Below, one piece after another: positions 27,022-40,313 of a stretch of 64,000 nucleotides of DNA (position 1 is its first letter; every line of letters starts with the position of its first letter). Origin of the DNA: Octopus bimaculoides (Eukaryota); assembly GCF_001194135.2 (NCBI RefSeq), contig NC_068998.1:33819824-33883823 (forward strand), read 5' to 3'. The notes below the pieces were generated by a model. That model made no database searches. It saw only the letters and a program-made list of their open reading frames with translations, and was not told the origin of the DNA. Made by a program: the position numbers and the translations under genes.

Positions 27022-27396
27022 CTAAAGAAATGTGTGTCTTGCTAGAGTTCATAGGTAGTGCTAGACTATAGAGTATGAAATTCTGACAAAAACCTTCCCA
27101 GAATGACAAATTCTTGACAGAATGGTTTACTCCTAAGTACTTCACCTCTAGTAGTCACACTAAGATGATTGTATGAACCTTGTCCTAAAATAATCCTCAA
27201 CTACATCTCATTTAAGCTAATTCTCTTTCTAATTACATATAAGTGTTTGTTTTGCAAGATTCTTGATATGAAATTGTGTGTTGAAACAACTATTGTTATA
27301 TTTGGGGATGTTCATATTTTGTCAATTAAACACACACTATATATTTGATCTTCACTCTTAGTTTTATTAGTATTATCTTTTACTTTAGTTTATTTG

Positions 27397-27444
27397 TCCA
27401 TCAAAGTTTTTTTGTCACACATTCTGTGACCTCTTCAGCAACTC
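27397..27444 (-). ncRNA. Degenerate hammerhead motif
   Basis: CTGAAGA-g-gtcaca[gaatg]tgtgac-AAAA; 6-bp stem II intact, G12 replaced by A, stem I no longer pairs. Confidence 0.5.
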
Positions 27445-28674
27445 TTTGTCCTCTGTGTCTTCAAGGGTTATTCCTCTGTTGGATTTACTTAGGATAGGTC
27501 CTCTCTTTTCTATGATGGATTCTACTACAGGAACTGATAGTAGGTGCAGTGACACACTAGTGAGAAACTATCAATATTTATTTTCTGTCTCTTTAGATAA
27601 ATGCATTTAAGTATTAATGTCATTCAAACAAATAAATAAACATTTTCATAAAGTATTATTCAAAATATATTCATCAAGAAGCGATCAATTCATTTTTAAT
27701 AATTACTAGTAATAAGATAAAAGAAGGTAAACCAAAATGTGCAAATTTTCTATCATAATACAATGGTATCAGTTGATTTCTAGATGGTCAATGACCTTAA
27801 GTAGTCAGTCCTACGACTGTATTGATTTGGCTTTGCAAATATCTCAAACGTACTGAAAATCTTGCTAAAATTCAACAACATCCAGCAACAAGGCTCTTCA
27901 CATTGTTAGTCATTTATTCATTTGCTTGTCCTTCATTCATTCCTATGTTTGCGTGTTATAATTATTTGTTTGCTTATCACATATATTCTACATAATTGTA
28001 CCATCCTACTATCCATTGTATAAGCATGATATGCCAACACATTATCTCATTCTGCTGAGTCATATATCAAAAACTATTAGAACCTTATCAACAAACAAGA
28101 AAGGATTTACTGGCAAATCTAATCTACATCTTAAACAAATATAAACATAGTCACCTAATTCTGCAATCTTTTATATGTAATTAAATGCCCATAATATCTT
28201 TTAGATCTGGTAACATCTTCTCAACAACTTTAACTAGGGAGAACACAAAGCACTTTGCCATCACAAGAAGAAAATTACCTCAATCACCTCGTAGTTCTTC
28301 ACACTACTATTCTGCATCTAGTACACTCCACCAGACGAGAAAATGTCCAGCTGCATGCTTCAGCTTGATCTACAATATATATATCAAGAACAGTGTGATG
28401 CATACATGAGGAGATAGTAACAACTTATAGACAAGAACATAAAACCCAGATCCACTGCAAAGTCTCATGAAGAAGTAACAGAACTAATTGGAACATTCAA
28501 TGAATAAGAGTCAATAATGCTGAGAATGGGATCAAAATTCACACTACTCTGCTGATACCCTGAATATGCGGTTTGCACCTCCATCTCTAGAAGGCTCTAT
28601 GTGCTACTGTGGAACACAGACTCAGCTGGAATGAAATCACTCATCTGGATTGTAACAGGAAACTGAGATCTTAC

Positions 28675-28704
28675 CAATAGAAGGAGGATTTCTGAAACCA
28701 CAAG
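28675..28704 (-). CDS. Weak candidate 30-bp exon (LVVSEILLLL if phase 0)
   Basis: Acceptor ctccatttttgtag, donor TTG/gtaaga; all three frames are open, so the evidence is weak. Confidence 0.3.
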
Positions 28705-29218
28705 CTACAAAAATGGAGTCAGGAAAGTATTATAACAGATTCTGAAATCCTGCAACACTTATGCAAGCACCAGTCACTCTCCAGCCTGTCAAACAAGAAG
28801 AAAATTCAACCTTAAATGCATTAGAGCAATGAACATCTACCTAGCATCAGACAATGGAGAAGTCTATATTAGTAATGACTGTGAATACAATGATGCACTC
28901 CTGTCTCATAGTGTGAAATCTAAATCCAGTGTTGTAGGAGATACTAGACAAAGTGGAGAACTGGTGCAATGAGTTGTAAAGGAGAATATCTAAAATTATG
29001 TAACTCAATGTGCATATACAAAAGTTTTATAGCACATTTCTCTTCTATTCTTTTGTTTTACTGCCTCATCAATGTCAGAAAGATAGCTATTCACTAAATC
29101 CCATTGCAGAAAATAAAGAACTTTTCCCATGTTTACTTAAGCCACTCCGTTTGTACATACAATACACATTGCACTTAGAGGGCAACTATGTCTCCATTTT
29201 TCATGTACTCCAGCTTAC

Positions 29219-29284
29219 CACCAAGGGAAACTTATATCCATTTCAGTAAATCCTGGAATAGCTATCTTCACATGTTCTGCACAG
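29219..29284 (-). CDS. Weak candidate exon (CAEHVKIAIPGFTEMDISFPW)
   Basis: Donor GTG/gtaagc; acceptor tactaacatgtcag gives phase 2 (matches exon H), but the 3' splice site is ambiguous and I found no downstream phase match. Confidence 0.35.
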
Positions 29285-29516
29285 CTGACATGTTAGTAAC
29301 TTGAAAACGTCCCACCAACCAGTAGTCCTTTGGTTTTCTGATGGACTTAGTTGGATGCCATCTACCCTAACACTGTCTGTTCTAAAGTGTAACACACTGA
29401 CTACTGAGTGGGGAATCACAGTTTGCCACAGATATATGAAATATGCCTTTGTAGGGATCCACAAATGAGATCGAACCATAAGATTTGACAACACTTTCAG
29501 TGCCCTAAACAACAAA

Positions 29517-29741
29517 CTAAATAATATTTGGATCTACTTGTCATGCATCCAGAATTACTTTGGATGTTTATTCTACTTACATTGGTGTCTGATTGTTGGA
29601 CATAGTTTAACTAAATTCAATAAAGCACTCACTTTTAAATGAATTTGGTTAACTATATCCAACAATCAGACACCAATGTAAGTAGAATAAACATCCAAAG
29701 TAATTCTGGATGCATGACAAGTAGATCCAAATATCATTTAG
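29517..29741. repeat. Near-perfect inverted repeat with a 76-bp uninterrupted stem
   Basis: atatttggatc..gattgttgga (from 29524) is the exact reverse complement of tccaacaatc..gatccaaatat (to 29734); loop about 20 nt. Confidence 0.95.
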
Positions 29742-30001
29742 AAGAATTTCAAGAAATTCAGAGTATAGCACAACAAAAATATGGCTAGAGAAAATCACAT
29801 CTTTAATTGTTGAATTCATTCGTCAGTGTCAATGATCGTTTTTGTTGTATCAACATATTTAGATACAAAAAGTATAGTTCAAATTAATAATTCTCAAAAT
29901 AAATGTTAACACATTTTCAAAGCAATCCATCAAAAATGAATGTTGGGATTATATGATAAATTCAACAAATAAAGATGTGATTTTCTCTATCTGTATTTTT
30001 G

Positions 30002-30003
<2 letters not shown>

Positions 30004-30076
<73 letters not shown>
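30004..30076. repeat. (CA)n microsatellite
   Basis: Direct inspection. Confidence 0.98.
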
Positions 30077-30081
<5 letters not shown>

Positions 30082-30199
30082 CAGGTCATCCCATAAATGT
30101 GTTTTTTTTTCAATTGCATGAACTAAAAGTGGGAGGGGGACTGGATTAACTACCTGCATCAACTTGCCATAAAAGTAGGTAGTAATTTTACCTTGGCCT

Positions 30200-30615
30200 T
30201 ATTCTTAGTGCTAGTTTTGAAGAGTGCAGTTCAATTTTAACAGTTATTTTTTCAAAGCTGTAATGGAAGTGACAAAGGAGCATATTCAGTATATTTTGCT
30301 TTATGAGTTCAATAAAGGCAACAATACTATGTAAAGTGGGAGGAATATTAATACAGTAAATGGGGATTGGACAATAGATGTGAGCCAGTGTTAATGGTGG
30401 TTCCAGAAATTCCAAGCTGGAAACTACAGTCTAGAAGATGAACCTCATCGTGGAAGATCTGTAGAACTCAACGAGGACATGCTGCAAACCCTGGTGGAAC
30501 AAAATCCCATCGTAACTGTTGAGGAATTAGCAGAGATGCTTGGATTTGGTCATTCAACCATTCATCAACACCTGCATGCTATCGGAAAAGTCAGCAAATT
30601 GAATCAATGGGTTGA
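30200..30615 (+). mobile_element. Mariner N-terminal (HTH) fragment
   Basis: Plus strand translates WFQKFQAGNYSLEDEPHRGRSVELNEDMLQTLVEQNP..VSKLNQWV. Confidence 0.75.
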
Positions 30616-30646
30616 AGAGAAATGCCTTCATTTCACATAGCTTAAA

Positions 30647-31459
30647 ATCTCTTTATAAAGAAATTTAAAAAAAATATATACATATCTTATGGATGTAGTG
30701 ATATCCATCTGGTTTTCACTATTTAAATTAGCTTTTCAAAGGACATTGTGAAGTAATCAATTCTTGTGACAAAGGGGTCTCACCATTTTGGATGCTTGAA
30801 AAATAAGAATGTATCTAGAGAGTGGACGAAGGGAGGTAACAGGTAGAAAGGGGGACAACTAACTCCTCAGTATAATTTTTGAAGTGGTTAAGTTTGTATA
30901 TTAAGGTGTAGTCTGTACTTTTGTATGGACAGGTTTTCCTTGTTTAGACATTCTTGTAAGGAGATTGAATCTTTGCATTGGTGAGCCTTACTTTGAGATG
31001 CAGAGTCATGCTGCATAGAGAACAGATTCGATTTCGTCAATACAGGCCGATAGCCTTGAGTGAACATATCAATAGATGTGCAAGAAATAAAATGTCGAAT
31101 TTCCATATCTTTCCATTATACCAATGCAAAGATTGAATCTCCTTACAAGAACACCAAAACAAGGAAAGCCTGTCCATACAAAAGTACAGACTACACCTTA
31201 ATATACAAACTTGACCACTTCAAAAATTATACTGAGGAGTTAGTTGTTCCCCTTGCCACCTGTTACCTTCCTTGGTCCACTCTCTAGACTCATTCTTATT
31301 TTTCAAGCATCCAAAATGGTGAGAACCTTTGTCACAAGAATTGATTATTTCACCATGTCCCTTGAAAAGCTAATTTAAATAGTGAAAGCTAGTTGGTTGG
31401 ATATCGCTACATCCATAAAATGTGTATATATTTTTAAGAAAATTTCTTTATAAAAAGAT
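30647..31459. repeat. Fold-back or MITE-like element, arms about 335 bp, spacer about 137 bp
   Basis: 30647-30982 is the inverse of 31120-31459, with scattered mismatches. Confidence 0.9.
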
Positions 31460-31617
31460 AGTAAACTTTTTATTTATGTTTTCCACATATTTCCAACTCA
31501 TAATTTTGCCATGTGGTGTATACTGAATCTGCAGTATTTTTGCTCCTTTNNNNNNNNNNNNNNNNNNNNNNNNNNNNNNNNNNNNNNNNNNNNNNNNNNN
31601 NNNNNNNNNNNNNNNNN

Positions 31618-31651
<34 letters not shown>

Positions 31652-32107
31652 CTGTGTCAAAGATTTTTTAATCATTATCATTGTCTTATTAACTAATGTT
31701 TATTATACATCAATTTTTCTCTGGAAGTATTTGTAGTATGAAAATTTTTGCAACAATTTTTGTATAGTTCAATATTCCTTCTTATAGAATAATAGAGTAT
31801 ATGGCAAATGTTATGAAAAATGGTGAACAGAACATGTTAGCTGATTTGACAGGTGAACTTTCATTCTTATGACTACCATGATATATATATATATACAAAG
31901 AGAGAGGGAGAGATAGAAAGACAGACATATCTGTGTGCGTGTATGTGAATGTACATGAGTATATGTCATCATCATCATCATCATGTGTATAAACAAAATC
32001 CTTAATCTCTCTCTGCCCTGCTAAAGAACCATCTGTTGCCATGTGTTTGATTCCAAGAGTAATGACACTCTGGTATGATATCAAACAGATTTCAAAGATA
32101 TTGCTTT

Positions 32108-32315
32108 CAAATTTTGGCACAAGGCCAGCAATTTCAGGTGAGTGGGTAAGTCATTTACATCAACCCCAGTGCTCAACTGGTACTTATTTCATTGACCCCA
32201 AAAGGATGAAAGATAAAGACGACCTCGGTGGAATGTGAACTCAGAACATAAAGACAGATGAAATGCTGCTGAGCATTCTATCCAGCATGCTAAAGATTGT
32301 GCTAGCTCACCACCT
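32108..32315 (-). mobile_element. SINE (17888 family)
   Basis: ggtacttatttcattgaccccaaaaggatgaaag..gaactcagaac. Confidence 0.8.
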
Positions 32316-33035
32316 CAGGTTTCATAGGTATTAATAACGGAGCATATAGTAAAGTTCAGTTATTTTGATATTACATTTTGTAGAAGAATAAAATTTAGTT
32401 TTGAGGAATTATATGTAGAAAATTGGCTAGAATTTTAGCCTGTAAACATTTTAATGATTGCCATCTGGTATCTGTAACAGGAATCAATACTCCCACATAT
32501 GTAGCTTCTTTTTTTTTTATATATATATAAATATATGACCTTCAGGAAATTTGTTTTCATGTTGTGACAGTTTCTAAATTCAGAATGGATAGAACTACCC
32601 CACCCTTCTCTTTTTTCTTTAATGGAGTATTTTCAAAATTTTTATTATTACTTTTAGTGAGCCCAAATTCATAAATTACAAAAGCTTTCTTTCTATAACT
32701 TGTATGTTTAGAAGGCTTATGGGATATTTTATTTCACATTAAATTTCTCTGTATAATAACCATTTTATATATTCCACTTCCAATTATTGGGAAATGTTTG
32801 GCACATAGAACATTTCCTTTATATTTCCTTTAATGAATCTGCTGTTTATTTTCATGTTATTAAGAAGCAGACATGTTTCTTTTTATTCCATCTTCATATA
32901 TGTCGTATCAAAATATATTTGTTAAATCTGTATGCTGAAATATATTTATGTTATACACATACATGCATATGTGTACATATGCATACATATCTCTGTGCAT
33001 ATGTGTGTGTGTGTGTGCGTGCGTAACATTCATAA

Positions 33036-33066
<31 letters not shown>

Positions 33067-33145
33067 CATATATATATAATACATGCATATATACATACAC
33101 ACACACACACACATATATATATATACACACATTATATACATGCGC

Positions 33146-33178
<33 letters not shown>

Positions 33179-33190
33179 TTAGATTCTTAC

Positions 33191-33263
33191 CTTAGTTGAT
33201 TATCAGTATAAGATGAATAATAATTTGAAATGTAATCATTAAAGATGCAAGGAAACATCATTA
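33191..33263 (-). CDS. Candidate coding exon H (V-MMFPCIFNDYISNYYSSYTDNQL)
   Basis: Strong acceptor tttctttgataatcctttag, donor AAG/gtaaga, 73 bp; only the phase-1 frame is open; phase 1 to 2. Confidence 0.55.
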
Positions 33264-34621
33264 CTAAAGGATTATCAAAGAAAATACTAAGAAAATGTTG
33301 CAATTATTATAAATGTAGAAGTTCCATTCCATGTTTCATATACATAATTCCTATTCATGCTTTTACAATATTGAAAACAAACAATCCAAAGCTATATTTC
33401 AATTTATTGAAAACTGTTTATGAAGGTTACCAATAATAATTTTGTAAGAAATGTAAGCCACTGTCTCTATAGCCAAGTATATCAATTAATGCTACCTTTA
33501 TTTAAGTATTGGAAATCCTTCTTTGATCAACAATGATTATTCTACTCATTATAAAAGTCTTATTTTGAAATATTGCAAGCAATTGAATCAATGAAATTTG
33601 ATATTTTGAAAATAAGGCAACTTGAGCAGCATACATTTTTAGTAAGAACAATTCTAGTTGCATTCTTAAATGGTTGATGAAGAATATAATTTAATTTGTA
33701 ATGTGATATGAATTGGGACCACAACTGTATAGATATGTTGTGCAAGTGTAACTCTTGCTGTATGACCAACTTGTAAAGATAGCTTCATATCTACAGTCAT
33801 GGAGTAATGAAGCTATGTAATGTATATACATTTTGAACTAGCAATATCAATGAAGTTATTACCAATAAAAGGAATTTGATATTTTAGCACATGACAATAA
33901 TCTTTACATTCAGAGGAAACTAATGGCTATCTGGATTATAAAATATCATAGGTATCCCCATTATAAGACATAAAACCTCAGTATATATAATCCAACTAAT
34001 ACCTTGATATAATATTTGTAGTTTGCTTATAAACTTCAGATCAAAAGTGTGGGATCCTCTAGTTAGAGTATAAGAGAGATAATTCTGTGGGAAACTTTTT
34101 GATTGCCACAATATTAGAAGTGAATAAAAATAACTACATTTAAAAAAAAAAACTTTTTATTACTGAGATGAGAAAAGCACAAATCAAGAAAAAGTTAAAA
34201 TTATATAACATTGAAAAAAATGTATTCAAACAGTCACATAGGAATGTGTTATTTCTTTTTATGGCATCTACATGTTTCGTATATATGACCTAGTATACTG
34301 TAATTTTATTGCTATATGTATATATACACAAACACATACAGAATAAGTAGCTCAATACATGAACATCTATTATTATACACACATATATTCAATGTATATT
34401 TACACACACACACACACTCAAACATGCACACTCAGACACAACACATACTCACACACAACATACACATACAAAGAAACATTGCTGCTCTCCACACTTCTTG
34501 AACTGCTGCTTGTCACCTCATCCTTTCTGAACCACCTCTATTTCTCTCAACTCCTTTGCCATACTAATATTTATCCACCAGACTTCTACCTTTTTGCATT
34601 ACTCACTACATCTACTTGTAG

Positions 34622-35130
34622 TCCAACCTCCAACCATCTGTCACTCACTTCCAACACTTTTATGAAATTTCTTACCCATTCCTTCTCCCTTCATCCACTT
34701 TTTATATTTTCCCTTATACTCACCTTCTTTTGCTTTGAAAGTATGCTCTGGCATCCCATCATAATTACATAATGACCTGGTAAATCAAGATCAATGTAAT
34801 AGTAAAAGTAAGTATGGATGTAATTGTAGAGCAGGTAGTAATTGCCTCCAGAATGGAAACATCCTGCTTAGAAACATTCTGTATAAAAATAATATAAGGA
34901 TACATAATGCATACAAGTATCACACAAGGTCTACAACAAATCTTTTAACAAATGTTATTAATCTTAGTTTTAGGCACTCAAGCTTTCTGGTAGAAAGCTT
35001 TCTGGTATTATTTACTTCCAACCCAACCTCCAACTATCTGTCACTTATTTCCTACACTTTCATGAAACTTCTCCCCGTTCCTTCTCCTTTCATCCACTGT
35101 TTATATTTTCTCTTATACTTACCTTCTTGT
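34622..35130. repeat. Direct repeat of about 110 bp (34622-34730 and 35022-35130)
   Basis: ccaacctccaac..tcatccact..ttatact(c/t)accttctt occurs twice, 400 bp apart. Confidence 0.85.
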
Positions 35131-36249
35131 AGAAATATATTTTATCTACTAAAGGTATAAATTGTAAGTTGGAATGCAGTATTACATATTCAACCAAAGA
35201 AGTACTATGATTTATGTACAAGTGAAACACTTGAAACTTTAATAGCAGATTGAAGTTTATTAAACAGAATAAATGAAATTATTATTAAATGCTGGTAGAA
35301 ATTTTCTTTGACATTTAATTATCATGCAATATGAAAATATGAAAAATTATGATGGTGGTAGTGGCAGTGGTGGTAATGGTGGCGGTGATGGTGATTGTAA
35401 TGGTGGTAGGAAGAAGAGGAAGAAAATGATGTATGATAGTACAGGATAGAGCTATGTTAGTTATAATTGTAGCCATATAAATGTAGATGTATGTGCAAAG
35501 GACTTTTTCTAAATATGATTACAGATGTTAACAACATTAGCGAATCAGTATGATATAATTAAAATTGAGTTTACGTGTAGTGACTCCCTATTGTCACTTT
35601 CACTCAGCTTTCTTTCATTAATTTTTTGTTAATAATTTAATTGATTATGCTTATGCACTTTAAAATCATACTCTTTATATCATATTCTAAGTTTCATTCA
35701 GAAAATGATAGCTATGAATAAATATTGGTGTTTATGTATCCAAATTTATCTGAAATCAGCTTGCAAATAATAATGTCATAAATAACATTATAATTTTAAA
35801 TAAGGTTTACATTTAACGATTCCCTACTGCTTTAGTTTAACATTACTACATTCACATTGCCTATCATGCACATGATCGTTTAATCAATTATTATACCGTA
35901 ATTGATCAATTATTCAAATTTATTCTTATTTATCTGACCGATCATGTGTTAACTGCTAACTGCTACAAAACCATATTATGTTTTTCTAAGATTTTCTAAG
36001 GATTTTCAAATATTCATGTGAACTTTTCTCTGCTTCATGATATTATATGATATTCTTTTGTATTACACTATCATGTTATATTATCATGTCTTTAATATGC
36101 AAATATGATTTGCATCATTGCTAATTCTCTGTAACACATGGCTTATTTATGTAGCTAAGTTATGAAATATTCTATGTATCACTCCCTAACTATGATATAT
36201 TTGAGTATTCTATGTGACAAATGAATGTATAATATAATGCACTTAGAAA

Positions 36250-36385
36250 TGTAGCTGTGTGGTGAGAAGCACATGGTTTTGGGTTCAGTCCCACTGCCTA
36301 ACACCTTGGTCAAGTGTTTTCTGCTATAACCTCAGGCTGACTAAAGCCTTGCAAGTAGCTTTTGTATTTGGAAACTGAAAGAATT
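36250..36385 (+). mobile_element. SINE head (10970 family) running into a gap
   Basis: gctgtgtggtgag..gggttcagtcccactg..aaagccttg. Confidence 0.75.
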
Positions 36386-38649
36386 TTGTGTGTGTGTGTG
36401 TGTGTATGTATATATATATANNNNNNNNNNNNNNNNNNNNNNNNNNNNNNNNNNNNNNNNNNNNNNNNNNNNNNNNNNNNNNNNNNNNNNNNNNNNNNNN
36501 NNNNNNNNNNNNNNNNNNNNNNNNNNNNNNNNNNNNNNNNNNNNNNNNNNNNNNNNNNNNNNNNNNNNNNNNNNNNNNNNNNNNNNNNNNNNNNNNNNNN
36601 NNNNNNNNNNNNNNNNNNNNNNNNNNNNNNNNNNNNNNNNNNNNNNNNNNNNNNNNNNNNNNNNNNNNNNNNNNNNNNNNNNNNNNNNNNNNNNNNNNNN
36701 NNNNNNNNNNNNNNNNNNNNNNNNNNNNNNNNNNNNNNNNNNNNNNNNNNNNNNNNNNNNNNNNNNNNNNNNNNNNNNNNNNNNNNNNNNNNNNNNNNNN
36801 NNNNNNNNNNNNNNNNNNNNNNNNNNNNNNNNNNNNNNNNNNNNNNNNNNNNNNNNNNNNNNNNNNNNNNNNNNNNNNNNNNNNNNNNNNNNNNNNNNNN
36901 NNNNNNNNNNNNNNNNNNNNNNNNNNNNNNNNNNNNNNNNNNNNNNNNNNNNNNNNNNNNNNNNNNNNNNNNNNNNNNNNNNNNNNNNNNNNNNNNNNNN
37001 NNNNNNNNNNNNNNNNNNNNNNNNNNNNNNNNNNNNNNNNNNNNNNNNNNNNNNNNNNNNNNNNNNNNNNNNNNNNNNNNNNNNNNNNNNNNNNNNNNNN
37101 NNNNNNNNNNNNNNNNNNNNNNNNNNNNNNNNNNNNNNNNNNNNNNNNNNNNNNNNNNNNNNNNNNNNNNNNNNNNNNNNNNNNNNNNNNNNNNNNNNNN
37201 NNNNNNNNNNNNNNNTGTATTCTTTTGTTCATCAGTACAAGGTTACTTCACAGTTTTTTCTGTATTTGATTGAGAAACCAGTGGTTTACCGTTGAGTTAA
37301 ATGTTTTTAAGAGATAAATTTTGAAAAGCTGCATTCCCTCACTTTTGGTAAATATGTTGCTTATTTTTGGTAGTTTTTTTTTACTTATTTAGTCCCTCGA
37401 TAGCGTGAGGCATTAATACACAGTTAATGCCCTTTATATATAATTAAATATATCTATGAAGAAACGATGAATTTTTTCATTACGAAATTTTTCGTTATTT
37501 TTTCATTATGAGTTTTTTTTCACGCTGACTACTTGATAAATTCTTATAAAGAATTTATCCTATATTATATTATATATATATATATAGACAGATAAATAGA
37601 TAGATATACATATGTATATAGAGAGACAGATAGATAGATAGATATACGTATATATATATACTCATTTCAGCCATGTAACTATACTCGTGCTTTTCTCAGA
37701 CTTTTCTTTTCCTTCCCTTCAGACCTTCCCTCTTTCCGCTTTATGATAAAAATCCATACTTGAAAAGTCATACCCACTCTTTTTCCCCATCTTAAACTGA
37801 GCAACAACCTAATACATTCACTGTGCAGGCGCTTTTGACGTTTGTTGCTTTTGTTTTTATCTTTGATTTGACACACACACACACACCTTTGTATTTTGTC
37901 TGCCGGTAGTGAATATGTGCATATATGGATGGCTTCATGTAATAATCTACAGGGCCAAGTTGCTTCATTATATTTCTTTCATCTCTCAAGATCCATTGTT
38001 CTCTATGGTACTTTAGGACTCTATTAAACTTTAGCATCTATGAGTGGTTCAACCTGATTGGCTAAGACATTATCTTGATGGCGACAATAATTCATTTATA
38101 GACCAATTTAGCCAGTGACCAGCAGAACCAATATCCTTATTTGTGATTTACGTTTTCTTTATTTCATTTTCTGCTATTTTTACTGTTGTTATACTTTTAT
38201 ATTTCATATATATTGTATTCTTTTTTATTTTATATTTACTTTCTATTTTTGTCTTTTTTATTTCTGCTCCTTTTTCCTTCATTATTTATATATTTCCTTT
38301 TCCCTTTTCTATTTTTTAACTTTTTCTTTTCCTTATTGCTTTCTATGAATAGGTGTGGTTTTCATTTTGTAAATTATTTTTAAAAAGGAAAACCTAATAA
38401 TTTGATCCTTACACCCTTTGTCATTATATTTTGTAATGAAGGTCATTGTAATGTTATGTAAATGGTACAGTTTTATTCAAATACATGTGTATGTAAATGT
38501 ATGCACACACATACTCACACAGCATACACATCATCATCATCGTTTAGCATTCATTTTAAATGATGATAATGATGGTGATGATAATGTACATATGTCTGTG
38601 TGAGTGTGTATTTTTACATTTTTGCTTAACATGCAGACAATCAGTTTTT

Positions 38650-38698
<49 letters not shown>

Positions 38699-40132
38699 TC
38701 GTGTTAGTATAGATGTGCATTTGAGGCAGGATTTTATGGTTGGATGCTCTTTTTGTTGCCTACTCTCATCTTGTAAATGATTTTTTTATGGTATGGATTT
38801 TCAAAAGTATTTACTGACCAGTCATAATAACAATGGAAACTGTCAGCAATGTCCCACGCAAATCATTCTAGCATGCAAAGCAGACATAAAATGAGGAGGA
38901 AGATAGTGATGATTAATATTAGCTTAGTAAACTAGTAACTGTCATAAATGTAGGATAAACAATGTTAACAGAAAAGGTAAACACACTTTGCAAGTACATA
39001 GCCTCATGCAATCCTTAGATATGCATTACATAATGCACAATTTTATCAAATTCTGAACTATTGTATTTTCAATTATCATGAAGCTGGAAAAAGGGCAGGG
39101 TCTGCGTCTTCTCTCTTTAACTGCCAACTGTCTTGCAAATGATGAGACAGATAGATGTGTCTATTAGAAGAATATTAGCTTATACATCAAATGTTTATTT
39201 GATTCTTACTCTAATATAAACATATACATGCATTCATATTCATATGTATAACTACACATAACTTACAACAGAAACCAATTCACCTTTACCGTCTCTGTCT
39301 AGTTCAAAGCCATTTTAATTATTTGTAATTGTCAATGAATGTCAAATAACTATTTGATACTTTAATACAGTCACTGTCATAATACAACCAATGACTAAAG
39401 CTGGTGAGTAGCTTTAGGTAGTTTAAGTAATCCATCAACCAATGGCTCATAATAACTGAAACACTAGCATTGAAATGTAGCTTTAATGAGGTATTAAGAA
39501 CTTTATACTTGGTTTTATTATTTCTTGACTAAATTATCAAACGTCATAATATGCAATGCGTCTTTGGCCTTCTACTTTAGGAGAATTTAAGGAATTAAAT
39601 CTGTCATCCTGTTTAAATGAAGAGAAGTGGACTACTACTTCCTGTGTTTTTGTTGTGGTTGACAATAGAAATTCAATGTTGTAATTTGAGATGAAGTGTC
39701 AGAATAATTTTAACTCAATATTTCTTAAGATCTGAGACTTTGATTGAGAACTTGGCCATGTAGGCTATATGTATGTTAGGCAAATATGATTGAGAGATTT
39801 GTATTCCATTGGAATATACTTCCACCTTTTCAAATATGCTGCAGAAGTTGCTTAGTGTTTCTGAGCTGCACACTTTTTACTACATTGCTCAGTTTAGTTA
39901 GGTTGAGCGATTAAATTTCAAGTCATTTGAGAATGCTATCTTTAATAGAAAAATCATGTTTCCAGAGATAGATTTATCTCTCATCCACTTAATACCATAT
40001 AACTAAAGTTAAGGTTTAATGTTTCACTTGCATGCATACACTTTGCATATACTGTCAAAGTTTACTGTTGGCTTATATGTTTTGCATTTATTAGAAAAGT
40101 TTGCTGCATCTTAAAGATTAATATGTTACACA

Positions 40133-40313
40133 GCATATATTACTAAGGTGTATAGTTTCATTTACATACATATCTTTGCATATATTATCAAGGTTTACTG
40201 CATCATTTGTGTACATATATTTGTATCTCTTACCAAGTTCTACTGCTTCATTTACACACAAATATTTTGTATATATTATCAAGATCTCCTGTTTCAGTTA
40301 CATACATATCCTT
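40133..40313. repeat. Degenerate 45-bp tandem repeat, 4 units
   Basis: Units start near 40133, 40178, 40223 and 40269 (gcatatattatcaagg..catttac..acatat). Confidence 0.75.

Noticed and set aside
27990-28985. Possible ancient LINE RT remnant (EILDKVENWCNEL on the plus strand)
   Set aside because: Many stops and only one weak motif; the family cannot be supported
39030-39160. Minus-strand 131-bp open segment THLSVSSFARQLAVKERRRRPC..
   Set aside because: Phase 0 start does not fit exon G (phase 1) without an unsupported extra exon; a plus-strand frame is similarly open
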